64,000 bases of DNA from an uncultured Loktanella sp. (lineage in GTDB: Bacteria; Pseudomonadota; Alphaproteobacteria; Rhodobacterales; Rhodobacteraceae), in the NCBI GenBank assembly GCA_937132065.1, contig CAKZNT010000015.1:2094-66093 (forward strand), read 5' to 3'. Shown piece by piece: positions 8,768 to 20,266 of this stretch. The notes beneath the pieces were generated by a model. The model saw only the letters and a program-made list of their open reading frames with translations. It was not told where the DNA came from and made no database searches. Numbering within the stretch: position 1 is the first letter of the stretch; every line of letters starts with the position of its first letter. The position numbers were made by a program, and so were the translations under genes.

Positions 8768-9553
8768 ATGACTTATACGCCCCCCACCACCGCAGGCCTC
8801 GCGGTGGAACCCAATACCTCTCTGGCCCAATCGGGTCGGATCGCTAGTCCAAGTGGGCAACTTACGCGCATGATGCCTCTCATGCGAAAATACGAAGTTG
8901 CCCACCTGACGCCCTCCCTTGAAATTCATGACGCTATCATTTCAGCCCCCGCAGTGCCGTTGTTTGAAAACGCCTTTGCGGCCTTTGGGCACGGCGCGAT
9001 TGTGCACACCGAATGCGGCCCGATGGCTGTCGAAGACCTGCTGCCGGGTGATCGCGTGATGACGACCCATCACGGGATGCAAACCCTGATGTGGCGCGGC
9101 GCGATGTCCTTGTCACCCAACGATCAAAACCTTGGCACGATGACGCGGATCACCGCCGAGGCGCTCGGCATGGGGCGGCCGTCCCTTGATCTTGTGCTTG
9201 GGCCGAGTGCGCGGATTTTGCATCGCTCGCCCGCCGTGCAGGTTCTGACTGGGGCAGCCGAAGCGATGATCCCCGTCAGCGATTTTGCCGATGGGAGCCA
9301 GATCATCGCGCTGCGCCCCGTCAGCCGTGTGCAGTTCTATCAACTCGGTTTTGCCAAGCACACAAGCATCAACGTGAACGGCATCGACGTAGAAACCCTA
9401 CATCCGGGACCGGTGCACACGCTTAAGTTACGCGCTGACATGCAGGCGCATTTTTCAAATCTGTTTGCTCATATGGACAGCCCTGCGGCATTCGGCCCCT
9501 TGGCCGCACCGCGCCTGCGCAAAGACGATATTGATCTGGTGATGGCCGCCTAG
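8768..9553 (+). CDS. Stand-alone Hint (BIL/Hint_2-like) domain protein
   Basis: AFGHGAIVHTECGPMAVEDLLPGDRVMT N-block, LVLGP, H...VNG...ETLHPG C-block; start uncertain (8717-8768). Confidence 0.8.
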   Translation: MTYTPPTTAGLAVEPNTSLAQSGRIASPSGQLTRMMPLMRKYEVAHLTPSLEIHDAIISAPAVPLFENAFAAFGHGAIVHTECGPMAVEDLLPGDRVMTTHHGMQTLMWRGAMSLSPNDQNLGTMTRITAEALGMGRPSLDLVLGPSARILHRSPAVQVLTGAAEAMIPVSDFADGSQIIALRPVSRVQFYQLGFAKHTSINVNGIDVETLHPGPVHTLKLRADMQAHFSNLFAHMDSPAAFGPLAAPRLRKDDIDLVMAA

Positions 9554-10050
9554 GCGTTTTGGGCCAAGCGCGCCTCGAGCACGTCAAACGGCACGCCCGG
9601 CTCGTCCTTCGCGCCACGGATCACAAGCGAGGTCTTCACGCTGGCCACATTTGTCGCACTGGTGAGGTCTTCGGTCAGGAACCGCTGGAAGGTGCGCAAA
9701 TCAGGCGCGACGCATTTCAGCACAAAGTCAACCTCGCCATTGAGCATATGACACTCGCGCACCAGCGGCCAGTTCTGGCAACGGTCCTCAAAGGCGGACA
9801 AGTCCACTTCGGCCTGACTAACTAGCCCGACCATCGCAAAAACCTGCACTTCAAAGCCAAGCTCGCGCGGGTCCACATCCGCATGATACCCGCGAATAAA
9901 GCCTTGCTCTTCCAAGGTGCGCACACGGCGCAGGCATGGCGGCGCAGAGATGCCAACGCGCTTGGCCAACTCGACGTTCGTCATCCGCCCGTCAGCCTGT
10001 AGTTCGGCCAGAATCATACGGTCAATTTCATCAAGCTTTGTGCCCGGCAT
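9550..10050 (-). CDS. Lrp/AsnC transcriptional regulator
   Basis: LDEIDRMILAELQADGRMTNVELAKRVGISAPPCLRRVR HTH. Confidence 0.92.
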   Translation of the reverse strand: MPGTKLDEIDRMILAELQADGRMTNVELAKRVGISAPPCLRRVRTLEEQGFIRGYHADVDPRELGFEVQVFAMVGLVSQAEVDLSAFEDRCQNWPLVRECHMLNGEVDFVLKCVAPDLRTFQRFLTEDLTSATNVASVKTSLVIRGAKDEPGVPFDVLEARLAQNA

Positions 10051-10234
10051 GTCGGTAGATCCTTGTTTGAATTTTCCAAAGACTACGCCGATGACCCCAG
10101 CTGCGCAACAATGTTTCAAGCATGCGCAACATAATTCTTGATTCCCGCAAACCCGCGGAAATCGGACGGGGTTTTAACCAAGGCGTTGCGTGGTTATATC
10201 CTATGGAAATATCACCTTGAAAGGGGCACATCCC

Positions 10235-11176
10235 ATGTCTGATACCCGTCACACCAAAGTTCTGATTATCGGCTCTGGCCCTGCTGGTTATACCGCTGGC
10301 GTCTATGCCTCTCGCGCCATGCTCGAACCGGTCCTCATTCAAGGCATGGAGCCAGGCGGACAACTGACCACCACCACCGAAGTTGAAAACTGGCCCGGTG
10401 ACACCGAGGTGCAAGGTCCAGACCTCATGGTTCGCATGGAAGCACACGCCAAGGCGATGGGCTGTGACATCGTAAATGACCTTGTCACCTCGCTTGATCT
10501 GTCCAAGCGTCCGTTTACGGCGCAAACCGATAGCGGCACAGTTTACACCGCTGACGCCGTGATCTTGTGCACAGGCGCGCGGGCAAAATGGCTCGGGCTG
10601 GACACCGAAGAAAAGTTCAAAGGCTTTGGCGTCTCTGCCTGCGCAACCTGTGACGGCTTCTTCTATCGTGGCATGGAGATCGTTGTGGTTGGCGGCGGCA
10701 ACACGGCCGTTGAGGAAGCACTGTTCCTGACCAACTTCGCCTCCAAGGTCACACTGGTGCACCGCCGCGACGAGCTACGGGCTGAGAAGATCCTGATCAA
10801 CCGCTTGGAAAAGAACCCCAAGATCGAAACCCTTTGGTTTAACGAAGTGCAAGAAGTCTACGGCACGGATTCCCCGCTTGGCGTCGAGGGTGTGAAGGTC
10901 AAGCACACCAAGACAGGCGAGATTACCGATATTCCTGCCAAGGGCGTCTTTATCGCGATCGGGCACGCGCCTGCGTCCGAACTGGTCAAGGACCAGCTTG
11001 AGCTACATTCAGGCGGTTATGTGTCCGTCGAGGCAGGCAGCACACGCACCGCAATCCCTGGTGTGTTTGCCGCAGGCGATCTGACCGACCACACATACCG
11101 CCAAGCGGTGACCTCTGCTGGCATGGGCTGCATGGCCGCACTTGATGCAGAAAAGTTCATCGCAGAACAAGAATAA
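10235..11176 (+). CDS. trxB: Thioredoxin reductase
   Basis: IIGSGPAG, CATCDG redox motif, GGGNTA, FAAGD. Confidence 0.97.
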   Translation: MSDTRHTKVLIIGSGPAGYTAGVYASRAMLEPVLIQGMEPGGQLTTTTEVENWPGDTEVQGPDLMVRMEAHAKAMGCDIVNDLVTSLDLSKRPFTAQTDSGTVYTADAVILCTGARAKWLGLDTEEKFKGFGVSACATCDGFFYRGMEIVVVGGGNTAVEEALFLTNFASKVTLVHRRDELRAEKILINRLEKNPKIETLWFNEVQEVYGTDSPLGVEGVKVKHTKTGEITDIPAKGVFIAIGHAPASELVKDQLELHSGGYVSVEAGSTRTAIPGVFAAGDLTDHTYRQAVTSAGMGCMAALDAEKFIAEQE

Positions 11177-11322
11177 GACCCCATTGGCCCGCGAATGCGC
11201 ATTACTGCGTCACATCGCGGGCTTTTCCCCATAAAAGTCGCGGAAAAATCTTGATTTGCCCCAGTTTTAGGCCCAAGACCCGCACAACACCGCCCATTGT
11301 CCGTAAAATAGAGAATAGTTTC

Positions 11323-13032
11323 ATGTCCCAAGACCTTGCACCGATCCCCGAGCTTTATGTCTCCTATGACAGCGCGCAGAAAATGAAGATGGAAGCGGCG
11401 TCTTTGACAAGCCACGACCTGACACCACGTCAGATTTGCGATCTGGAATTGCTGATGAACGGCGGGTTCAACCCGCTTAAGGGGTTCATGTCAGAGGCCG
11501 ATTATAACGGCGTTGTGGAAAACATGCGCACCGAAGACGGCGCATTGTGGCCAATGCCAATCACGTTGGACGTGAAAGCGGATTACGCAGACACCGTCGA
11601 GATCGGGCAGGATATTGCCTTGCGCGACCAAGAGGGCGTGATTTTGGCGACGATGACCGTCACCGACAAATGGACCCCGAACAAATCCAACGAGGCGGCC
11701 AAGGTGTTTGGCGCGGACGATGCGGCGCACCCTGCCGTGAACTACCTGCACAACACTGCGGGCGAGGTTTACCTTGGTGGCCCGATCACGGGTATCCAGC
11801 AGCCGGTTCACTATGACTTCCGCGGTCGTCGTGATACGCCTAACGAATTGCGCGCCTATTTCCGCAAGATGGGCTGGCGCAAAGTGGTTGCGTTTCAAAC
11901 GCGCAACCCGCTGCACCGCGCCCACCAAGAGCTGACGTTCCGCGCCGCAAAAGAGGCGCAAGCCAACCTGCTGATCCACCCTGTTGTTGGTCTGACCAAG
12001 CCGGGCGATGTTGATCACTTTACACGCGTGCGCTGCTACGAGGCCGTTCTTGACCAGTATCCTGCGTCCACAACGGCAATGTCGTTGCTGAACCTTGCCA
12101 TGCGTATGGCTGGCCCACGCGAGGCCGTCTGGCACGGTCTGATCCGCAAAAACCACGGCTGCACACACTTCATCGTTGGCCGCGACCACGCAGGACCGGG
12201 TAAAAATTCACAGGGCGAAGATTTCTACGGCCCGTATGACGCACAAGACCTGTTCCGCACCCACCAAGAGGAAATGGGCATCGAAATGGTCGACTTCAAA
12301 CATATGGTTTGGGTCTCCGAGCGTGCGCAATACGAGGCGATGGACGAGATCAAGGACAAGGACGACGTCACGATCCTCAACATCTCTGGCACAGAACTGC
12401 GCCGCCGTTTGGCCGAGGGTCTGGAAATCCCCGAGTGGTTCTCTTTCCCGCAAGTTGTCGCAGAACTGCGCCGCACCAAGCCGCCACGCGCCAACCAAGG
12501 GTTCACCGTGTTCCTCACCGGCTTTTCTGGCTCGGGCAAGTCCACCATCGCCAACGCGTTGATGGTCAAGCTGATGGAAATGGGCGGGCGTCCCGTGACC
12601 CTGCTAGACGGCGATATCGTGCGTAAAAACCTGTCGTCCGAGCTGGGCTTTAGCAAAGAGCACCGCGACCTGAACATCCGCCGCATCGGCTATGTTGCCT
12701 CCGAAATCACCAAGAACGGCGGCATTGCGATCTGCGCGCCAATCGCGCCATACGCGACAACGCGGCGCGCCGTGCGTGAAGACATCGAAGCCTTTGGCGC
12801 CTTCATCGAAGTGCACGTGGCCACATCCATCGAGGAATGTGAACGTCGGGACCGCAAGGGGCTCTACAAGCTGGCCCGCGAAGGCAAGATCAAGGAATTC
12901 ACAGGCATTTCCGACCCGTATGATGTGCCAGAAAACCCTGAAATGAGCATCGAGACCGAGAACGTCGAAGTGGACAACTGCGCCCACCAGATCATCCTCA
13001 AGCTCGAGAGCATGGGCCTGATCAAAGGCTGA
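11323..13032 (+). CDS. sat: Bifunctional sulfate adenylyltransferase / adenylylsulfate kinase
   Basis: QTRNPLHRAH, GRDHAG; C-terminal GFSGSGKST APS-kinase domain. Confidence 0.95.
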   Translation: MSQDLAPIPELYVSYDSAQKMKMEAASLTSHDLTPRQICDLELLMNGGFNPLKGFMSEADYNGVVENMRTEDGALWPMPITLDVKADYADTVEIGQDIALRDQEGVILATMTVTDKWTPNKSNEAAKVFGADDAAHPAVNYLHNTAGEVYLGGPITGIQQPVHYDFRGRRDTPNELRAYFRKMGWRKVVAFQTRNPLHRAHQELTFRAAKEAQANLLIHPVVGLTKPGDVDHFTRVRCYEAVLDQYPASTTAMSLLNLAMRMAGPREAVWHGLIRKNHGCTHFIVGRDHAGPGKNSQGEDFYGPYDAQDLFRTHQEEMGIEMVDFKHMVWVSERAQYEAMDEIKDKDDVTILNISGTELRRRLAEGLEIPEWFSFPQVVAELRRTKPPRANQGFTVFLTGFSGSGKSTIANALMVKLMEMGGRPVTLLDGDIVRKNLSSELGFSKEHRDLNIRRIGYVASEITKNGGIAICAPIAPYATTRRAVREDIEAFGAFIEVHVATSIEECERRDRKGLYKLAREGKIKEFTGISDPYDVPENPEMSIETENVEVDNCAHQIILKLESMGLIKG

Positions 13033-13051
13033 TCCGCGACACGACCAAAAC

Positions 13052-13087
13052 AAAGCCCGCCATTGGTGATCCAAGGCGGGCTTTTTC
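13052..13087. terminator. Bidirectional-type intrinsic terminator between convergent sat and DUF1150
   Basis: AAAGCCCGCC...GGCGGGCTTTTT. Confidence 0.8.
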
Positions 13088-13109
13088 GTGGGCGATGCGG
13101 ATCGGCGGC

Positions 13110-13334
13110 CTAATGTAGCGGCACGATCTCGACGTTGTTTTCAGCGGCCAGATGGGAGGCGAATGTCAGGTCGGCCACATAAGCCACCTTCTCGCCCTCG
13201 CCGTTATGCACTGCAAAAATCCGCTCCATGTCGCCCGCTTGGTCACGGACTTCGTCGGGCAAATCTGCGGTGTTCATCGGCTTGAGATAAACAATGTTTG
13301 CGCTCATCTGAGAAAGATCGAATTTCGTGTTCAT
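13110..13334 (-). CDS. DUF1150-family protein
   Basis: IVYLKP...DLP...FAVHNGEG...H pattern; directly downstream of the sHSP gene. Confidence 0.8.
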   Translation of the reverse strand: MNTKFDLSQMSANIVYLKPMNTADLPDEVRDQAGDMERIFAVHNGEGEKVAYVADLTFASHLAAENNVEIVPLH

Positions 13335-13337
13335 CGG

Positions 13338-13751
13338 TTATCCTTTCCGGATGTTGATGGTCTGTATCACGCGCTCGGGAACCGCACGGTTCAAGTCGAC
13401 GTGGAGCAAGCCGTTTTCGATAATCGCCTCGCCGACGTCAACGCCGTCAGCCAGAACAAACGAGCGCTGGAACTGGCGGGCCGCAATCCCGCGATGCAGG
13501 AACACACGGCCCTCGCTATCGTCAACCTGACGGCCACGGATCACCAGCGCATTGTCCTCAACGGTGATCGACAAATCCTCCATGGCAAAACCGGCGACAG
13601 CCAAGGTGATGCGATAGGAATGATCAGACGATTGCTCGATATTGTAAGGGGGGTAACCCTCGTTTCCCGATTTCGCCGTCCGCTCGACCAACCGTTCAAG
13701 TTGCTCGAACCCCAGCAGGAACGGATGCGTCCCCAAAGCCAATTTTGTCAT
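13338..13751 (-). CDS. ibpA: Small heat-shock protein (Hsp20/IbpA)
   Basis: GYPPYNIE, LAVAGF, FLHRGIAARQFQRSF, NGLLHVDL. Confidence 0.93.
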   Translation of the reverse strand: MTKLALGTHPFLLGFEQLERLVERTAKSGNEGYPPYNIEQSSDHSYRITLAVAGFAMEDLSITVEDNALVIRGRQVDDSEGRVFLHRGIAARQFQRSFVLADGVDVGEAIIENGLLHVDLNRAVPERVIQTINIRKG

Positions 13752-13758
13752 ACGACAC

Positions 13759-13774
13759 GTCCTTTTAAAGCGAC
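13759..13774 (-). promoter_or_regulatory. ROSE-like RNA thermometer hairpin sequestering the ibpA SD
   Basis: mRNA GUC-G-CU-UUAAA-AG-GAC: UCGCU pairs with AGGA leaving a bulged G. Confidence 0.65.
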
Positions 13775-13813
13775 ATCTCAATTTCGGCCCCGTTTTGGCG
13801 ACCTCTCAACAAA

Positions 13814-13842
13814 ATATGGGGGCCAAGGGGGCGTTGCGCAAG
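13814..13842 (-). promoter_or_regulatory. RpoH-type promoter for ibpA
   Basis: Minus strand CTTG-N18-CCCATAT. Confidence 0.65.
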
Positions 13843-13850
13843 AGGAACCA

Positions 13851-13879
13851 CTAGGAGGAATCGACCTAATCCCCTATAT
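13851..13879 (+). promoter_or_regulatory. RpoH-type promoter for the DUF465 gene
   Basis: CTAG-N18-CCTATAT. Confidence 0.5.
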
Positions 13880-13912
13880 GAAGAGCAACCGCCGCAACGA
13901 GGCCGAGAGACT

Positions 13913-14128
13913 ATGACCACCGCAAAAATGGAACAGATGGACGTGCTACGCGTGGAGCTTGCGATTTTGCGCCAGCAGCACCGCGATCTGGACACGGCAA
14001 TCGAGGCGCTGCACGAGCGTAATTCAAACGATATGCTGTCGATCAAGCGGCTGAAAAAGCAGAAGCTCGGGATCAAAGACCAGATGACCGCGCTCGAAGA
14101 CCGCATCACGCCCGATATCACTGCCTGA
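13913..14128 (+). CDS. DUF465/YdcH-family small coiled-coil protein
   Basis: HRDLDTAI...[11 protein letters not shown] pattern. Confidence 0.85.
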   Translation: MTTAKMEQMDVLRVELAILRQQHRDLDTAIEALHERNSNDMLSIKRLKKQKLGIKDQMTALEDRITPDITA

Positions 14129-14192
14129 TTGCCGTTGCGCCCCTGCGCGCGCGGGCTATAGTGCCGCTTCCTTTCACCTCGGGGGTAGAGAC

Positions 14193-14681
14193 ATGACACA
14201 ACCACTTGTCGGCATCATTATGGGCAGCCAATCGGATTGGCCCACCATGCGCGAAGCCGCAGAAATTCTGGATGCGCTCGCCATTCCTTACGAGACAAAA
14301 ATTGTGTCCGCCCACCGGACGCCTGACCGGCTTTGGTCTTATGGCAAAACGGCGGTGGATCGCGGGCTGCAAGTGATTATCGCGGGTGCTGGCGGCGCGG
14401 CGCACCTTCCGGGCATGATGGCCTCAAAGACGCGGGTTCCCGTTGTTGGCGTGCCTGTGCAAACCAAGGCGCTCTCGGGGGTCGATAGCCTGTATTCGAT
14501 CCTCCAGATGCCAAAAGGGTTCCCTGTCGCGACAATGGCCATCGGGGCGGCGGGGGCTGCGAATGCGGGACTTATGGCCGCGGGTATCCTTGCGTTGCAA
14601 GACCCGAGCCTTGCGACACGCCTCGACACATGGCGCAGCGATCTTTCCGCCTCAATTCCAGACGAGCCTGTAGATGAATAA
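14193..14681 (+). CDS. purE: N5-CAIR mutase
   Basis: [25 protein letters not shown]. Confidence 0.97.
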   Translation: MTQPLVGIIMGSQSDWPTMREAAEILDALAIPYETKIVSAHRTPDRLWSYGKTAVDRGLQVIIAGAGGAAHLPGMMASKTRVPVVGVPVQTKALSGVDSLYSILQMPKGFPVATMAIGAAGAANAGLMAAGILALQDPSLATRLDTWRSDLSASIPDEPVDE

Positions 14682-15726
14682 TGTAAAAACCATCGGTATT
14701 CTGGGCGGCGGGCAACTGGGGCGGATGCTCTCGGTTGCGGCGTCACGATTGGGACTTAAAACCCATATTTTCGAACCCTCAGCCAACCCGCCCGCAGCCC
14801 ACGTCGCAGATGCGGTGACAACCGCATCCTACGCAGATGAGGCTGCACTACAGGCGTTTGCGCAGTCGGTTGACGTGATCACCTACGAGTTCGAGAACAT
14901 CCCGACATCCGCGCTTGATTTACTCGAAGCCATCAAGCCGATCCACCCGCCGCGCGGCGCATTGGCCACATCCCAAGACCGCTTGGTTGAAAAGAAATTC
15001 TTACAAGACCTCGGCCTGCAAACCGCGCCCTTCGCTGATGTGCAAAACGCGGCTGACCTGAGCAAAGCCATTGCCACGATCGGCACGCCCGCGATCCTCA
15101 AGACGCGCACGATGGGCTATGATGGCAAGGGGCAATCACGGATCATGTCGCCCGACGATGCGGCCTCTGCGCTCGCTGATATGGCTGGCGCTTCTGCGAT
15201 CCTTGAAGGGTTCGTCACCTTTAGCCACGAGGTGTCGGTGATCGGCGCGCGGGACGCTGAAGGCGCAGTCGCCTGCTATGATCCGGGTGAAAATGTGCAT
15301 GTTGACGGTATCTTGCGGACGACCACAGTGCCTGCAAAACTGACGCCAAGCCAGCGGACTGACGCGGTGCTTATCGCCGCGCGCATCCTGAACGCGCTTG
15401 ATTATGTGGGCGTGATGGGGCTTGAATTATTCGTGACGCCGCAAGGGCTTATCGTTAACGAGATTGCGCCGCGCGTGCATAACTCGGGGCACTGGACCCA
15501 GAACGGCTGCACGATCGACCAGTTCGAGCAGCACATCCGCGCCGTTGCAGGCTGGCCGCTCGGGGACGGGGCGCGCCATAGCGATGTCGTGATGGAAAAT
15601 CTGATCGGTGACGATATGGATAAGCTCCCAGCGCTCGCAAAAACCAGCGCGGCCCTCCATATTTATGGCAAGGATGATGTGAAAGCGGGCCGCAAAATGG
15701 GCCACGTCAATCACGTCAAATCATAG
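14674..15726 (+). CDS. purK: N5-CAIR synthetase
   Basis: [41 protein letters not shown]. Confidence 0.96.
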   Translation: MNNVKTIGILGGGQLGRMLSVAASRLGLKTHIFEPSANPPAAHVADAVTTASYADEAALQAFAQSVDVITYEFENIPTSALDLLEAIKPIHPPRGALATSQDRLVEKKFLQDLGLQTAPFADVQNAADLSKAIATIGTPAILKTRTMGYDGKGQSRIMSPDDAASALADMAGASAILEGFVTFSHEVSVIGARDAEGAVACYDPGENVHVDGILRTTTVPAKLTPSQRTDAVLIAARILNALDYVGVMGLELFVTPQGLIVNEIAPRVHNSGHWTQNGCTIDQFEQHIRAVAGWPLGDGARHSDVVMENLIGDDMDKLPALAKTSAALHIYGKDDVKAGRKMGHVNHVKS

Positions 15727-15733
15727 ACGCCCG

Positions 15734-16483
15734 TTACTCGGAGCCGAACAACACGTCGTCGATCCCCGCGCCAACCGCATCGCCAAAGCTAAGGGACCGG
15801 TCAAAGCGGCCATCCTCGAGGAACGACATGACCTGCGCCATAACCAGCGGATTGTTCATCATGAACGTATGGGTCACGGGCATTTCGATGTGATCAACCT
15901 CGCCCAAAAGATGAGTGCTTGCGACGGACACCTTGCCATCATCAGGGCCATCAATCAGCGACGAATAAACAGGGTTCAGCGAACGATTGCCCGCAATGAT
16001 CCCCACCTCATATTCCGCTAAGCCAAGCTGGTTGGGCAGGCTTTCCGCCTCTGTGCCCAGTTGCAGTCCCGCAGGGCCATTGACCCACAAAAACGGCTCA
16101 AAGTCGCCAAACACATCCACAAGTTCCGACCCTGCATTTGGAGGGGCCAACATCACCACGCGGCCCATGTTTGCAGGGCGGTTATTAGCCAGCCACGCAC
16201 GCGCCAGAATGCCGCCCATCGAATGGGTGACAAAATGCACGCGGGCCTCGCCACAAGCGGCGACATCAGCAGGCAGGTTCTCTTCGACCAACTGCTGGAT
16301 CGTGGCCTCTGTCGAGGGGTAGCCGCTATTCACAACGCTGTAACCACTGCGCTCAAGCACAACCTGCATCGGCGCAAACGAATATTCCGAACGGGCCAGC
16401 CCGTGCAGCATTACAATACAGTCCTGCGCAGTGGCAGCACTTGCAGACAGACCCAGAACAATGGCGGCAATCATATTTTTCAT
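15734..16483 (-). CDS. Secreted alpha/beta hydrolase (lipase/esterase-like)
   Basis: Signal peptide, LHGLAR, THSMGG nucleophile elbow, DGKV, HTF. Confidence 0.85.
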   Translation of the reverse strand: MKNMIAAIVLGLSASAATAQDCIVMLHGLARSEYSFAPMQVVLERSGYSVVNSGYPSTEATIQQLVEENLPADVAACGEARVHFVTHSMGGILARAWLANNRPANMGRVVMLAPPNAGSELVDVFGDFEPFLWVNGPAGLQLGTEAESLPNQLGLAEYEVGIIAGNRSLNPVYSSLIDGPDDGKVSVASTHLLGEVDHIEMPVTHTFMMNNPLVMAQVMSFLEDGRFDRSLSFGDAVGAGIDDVLFGSE

Positions 16484-16570
16484 CAGACTGACATAACACC
16501 TCGCGGGCGTATTTAAAGACTTTGAAATCTGAACCTTGCGTCTTTTCGCGCAACCCGTCACGCTGGTGAT

Positions 16571-17017
16571 ATGAAACGCCCCATTCGGATCGCCACGCGC
16601 GCGATCATCCTACATGACAACAAACTCTTGCTTGTGAACGCCTGGAAAGGGCGCAGTGATCTTTGGTGCGCGCCGGGTGGCGGGGCAGAACCGCACAGCA
16701 GTCTTCCCGACAATCTCAAGCGCGAGATCATGGAGGAAACAGGGCTAAGCGTTGATGTCGGCGAGGTCTGTCTGGTCAATGAATTCCACGACCCTAAGGG
16801 CAGCTTTCATCAGGTCGATGTCTATTTTCACTGCACGATTACGGCGGGCACGTTAAGCGAAACATGGGTTGATCCAGAAGGGGTCGTCACGCACCGAAAA
16901 TGGGTGACAGAGGCCGAACTTGGGCGGCTGCGTGCGAAACCCGATAGCCTTGCAGGGGCCGCTTGGGGGGGAAGTCAGGCGATCAAATACGACCCGCTGG
17001 AGCCCATTTTACGTTAG
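16571..17017 (+). CDS. NUDIX hydrolase
   Basis: PGGG..E......KREIMEETG Nudix box. Confidence 0.88.
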   Translation: MKRPIRIATRAIILHDNKLLLVNAWKGRSDLWCAPGGGAEPHSSLPDNLKREIMEETGLSVDVGEVCLVNEFHDPKGSFHQVDVYFHCTITAGTLSETWVDPEGVVTHRKWVTEAELGRLRAKPDSLAGAAWGGSQAIKYDPLEPILR

Positions 17018-17831
17018 AGAGTGCGATGCCGCCGATGACCAGCGCGCCCGCAATCACAAGGCGTGCGGACAATGGCTCGCCCAAGAACAGCACGCCCGCA
17101 ATGACGGCGATGACGGGCACACTAAGCTGCGCCACCGCTGCGACGGTTGTGGCGAGCTGGGGCAAAACACGATACCAGATCGCATAGCCGATGCCCGATG
17201 AAAGCGACCCTGCGACAATGGCAGATATGACGCCGCCTTGGGCGAACTCTCCGTCAGTGCCCGCCAAAAGCGCCAGTGCGACAATTGGCAAGCATAGGAT
17301 GAAATTGCCCGCCGTGGCCCGTAAGGGGTCTCGCGCCCCCTGCCCCAAAATGGTGTATGCCGCCCAGCCGATTGTCGCGACGATCATCGACACCGTGCCA
17401 AAGAACGGGACAGAAAACGCTTGGGTCGGCCACAGCAAGACGACCAAGCCGACAATAGCAAAGATCGCACCGATCCAGCGCATCAGCGGAATGGACTGGC
17501 CCCGCCAGACCGCCCAGCCAAACATGATGACCTGAAGGACACCAAAGAGGATCAAGGCGCCAAGCCCCGCACCAAGCGAGAGATAGGCCCATGAGAACCC
17601 AAGCATATAGATCGCGAGCGCAAGCGCACCGCGCCAGCGGGATGTGATGTCGGTCAGGGGGGAGTTACGGCGCGCGGCGACCAACAAGGCAAGGGTCAAG
17701 GCTCCCGCGGCAACACGGATCACCGCAAAGGCGACCGGATCCATTGCATAATGTGCGACACCAACGCGGGTCAGAACCGAATTGGCGGCAAAGGCCATCA
17801 TGGCCAAGGCAACAAGGATAAACAATTTCAT
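16983..17831 (-). CDS. DMT/EamA transporter
   Basis: About 10 hydrophobic segments in two EamA repeats; GYAIWY, QLSVPVIA. Confidence 0.88.
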   Translation of the reverse strand: MKLFILVALAMMAFAANSVLTRVGVAHYAMDPVAFAVIRVAAGALTLALLVAARRNSPLTDITSRWRGALALAIYMLGFSWAYLSLGAGLGALILFGVLQVIMFGWAVWRGQSIPLMRWIGAIFAIVGLVVLLWPTQAFSVPFFGTVSMIVATIGWAAYTILGQGARDPLRATAGNFILCLPIVALALLAGTDGEFAQGGVISAIVAGSLSSGIGYAIWYRVLPQLATTVAAVAQLSVPVIAVIAGVLFLGEPLSARLVIAGALVIGGIALSNVKWAPAGRI

Positions 17832-17868
17832 CGGGTTGGCTCGGCTCTCTGTTAGATCGCGCAACGAC

Positions 17869-17890
17869 GTAGGATGGGTTTTAACCCATC
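17869..17890 (+). repeat. GTAG-family REP hairpin GTAG-GATGGG-TTTTAA-CCCATC
   Basis: Exact reverse complement of 18394-18415; overlaps the GNAT stop codon. Confidence 0.8.
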
Positions 17891-18374
17891 ACATATCGCG
17901 GAAAGCGGAAGGGTAGACGATAGTTTGCACAGGCGCGCCCGTGACGCCAGACACCATCGTGTGAGATCGCGGGTATGGGCTGGTCAGCGTTGCAGCACTT
18001 GCAGTCGAAAATCCGGCTTTCTCGTAGAACGCGGGATTACCAACCACGACAATCGGGCTTTGGGTCAGACGGGACCACTCGGTCAACATACCCATCATAC
18101 GCTTGCCGTAGCCGCGGCGTTGCAGGTCGGGCGCGATCGCAACTGGGGCAAGACAAAGCCAGCCCTTTGGCTTTGTAAGATACGACAGGGCGTAATATCC
18201 GACGATACGGCCATCCCAACCGAGCACCTGCTCGCCTGCGATCACCTTGGACTTGCGCAGAGCCGCGACCAGCTTGGCCTCGGCGGGGGTGTCAAAGGCT
18301 GCGTGCAACAAGGCCTCGACCTCTGCCTCGTCCGCGCGCTTCATGTCGCGTTGAAAATCGGGCGTGATAAGCAT
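17889..18374 (-). CDS. GNAT N-acetyltransferase (YhbS-like)
   Basis: LAPVAIAPDLQRRGYG acetyl-CoA motif A, VVGNPAFYEKAGF; start moved to MLITP. Confidence 0.88.
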   Translation of the reverse strand: MLITPDFQRDMKRADEAEVEALLHAAFDTPAEAKLVAALRKSKVIAGEQVLGWDGRIVGYYALSYLTKPKGWLCLAPVAIAPDLQRRGYGKRMMGMLTEWSRLTQSPIVVVGNPAFYEKAGFSTASAATLTSPYPRSHTMVSGVTGAPVQTIVYPSAFRDM

Positions 18375-18393
18375 TGATGCGCCTTTCAGGAAT

Positions 18394-18415
18394 GATGGGT
18401 TAAAACCCATCCTAC
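18394..18415 (-). repeat. GTAG-family REP hairpin, inverted copy
   Basis: GATGGGTTAAAACCCATCCTAC, 20 nt upstream of the GNAT start. Confidence 0.8.
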
Positions 18416-18446
18416 GCAGTTGCGCCCGTTCAACAAGCGGCGAAGC

Positions 18447-18476
18447 AAAAAGGGCGGCCCCGCAATGGGACCGCCC
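18447..18476 (-). terminator. groEL intrinsic terminator
   Basis: Minus strand GGGCGGTCCC-attgc-GGGGCCGCCC-TTTTT. Confidence 0.75.
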
Positions 18477-18567
18477 TCGTTTTTGATCGACATTTTCGGC
18501 TCTCGGCATTTCCTAGGGAAAGGCCTGCCGTCTTGTCAAAATCGTTTGGGCAAGCCCAAGCCGGTTT

Positions 18568-20229
<1,662 letters not shown>

Positions 20230-20266
20230 TTATGAATTTTGTCTGGAAAACGAATGTGGGATGCCC

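Noticed and set aside
11323-13032. Sat-CysC fusion as a novelty
   Set aside because: Bifunctional ATP sulfurylase/APS kinase fusions are established in Rhodobacteraceae and other bacteria.
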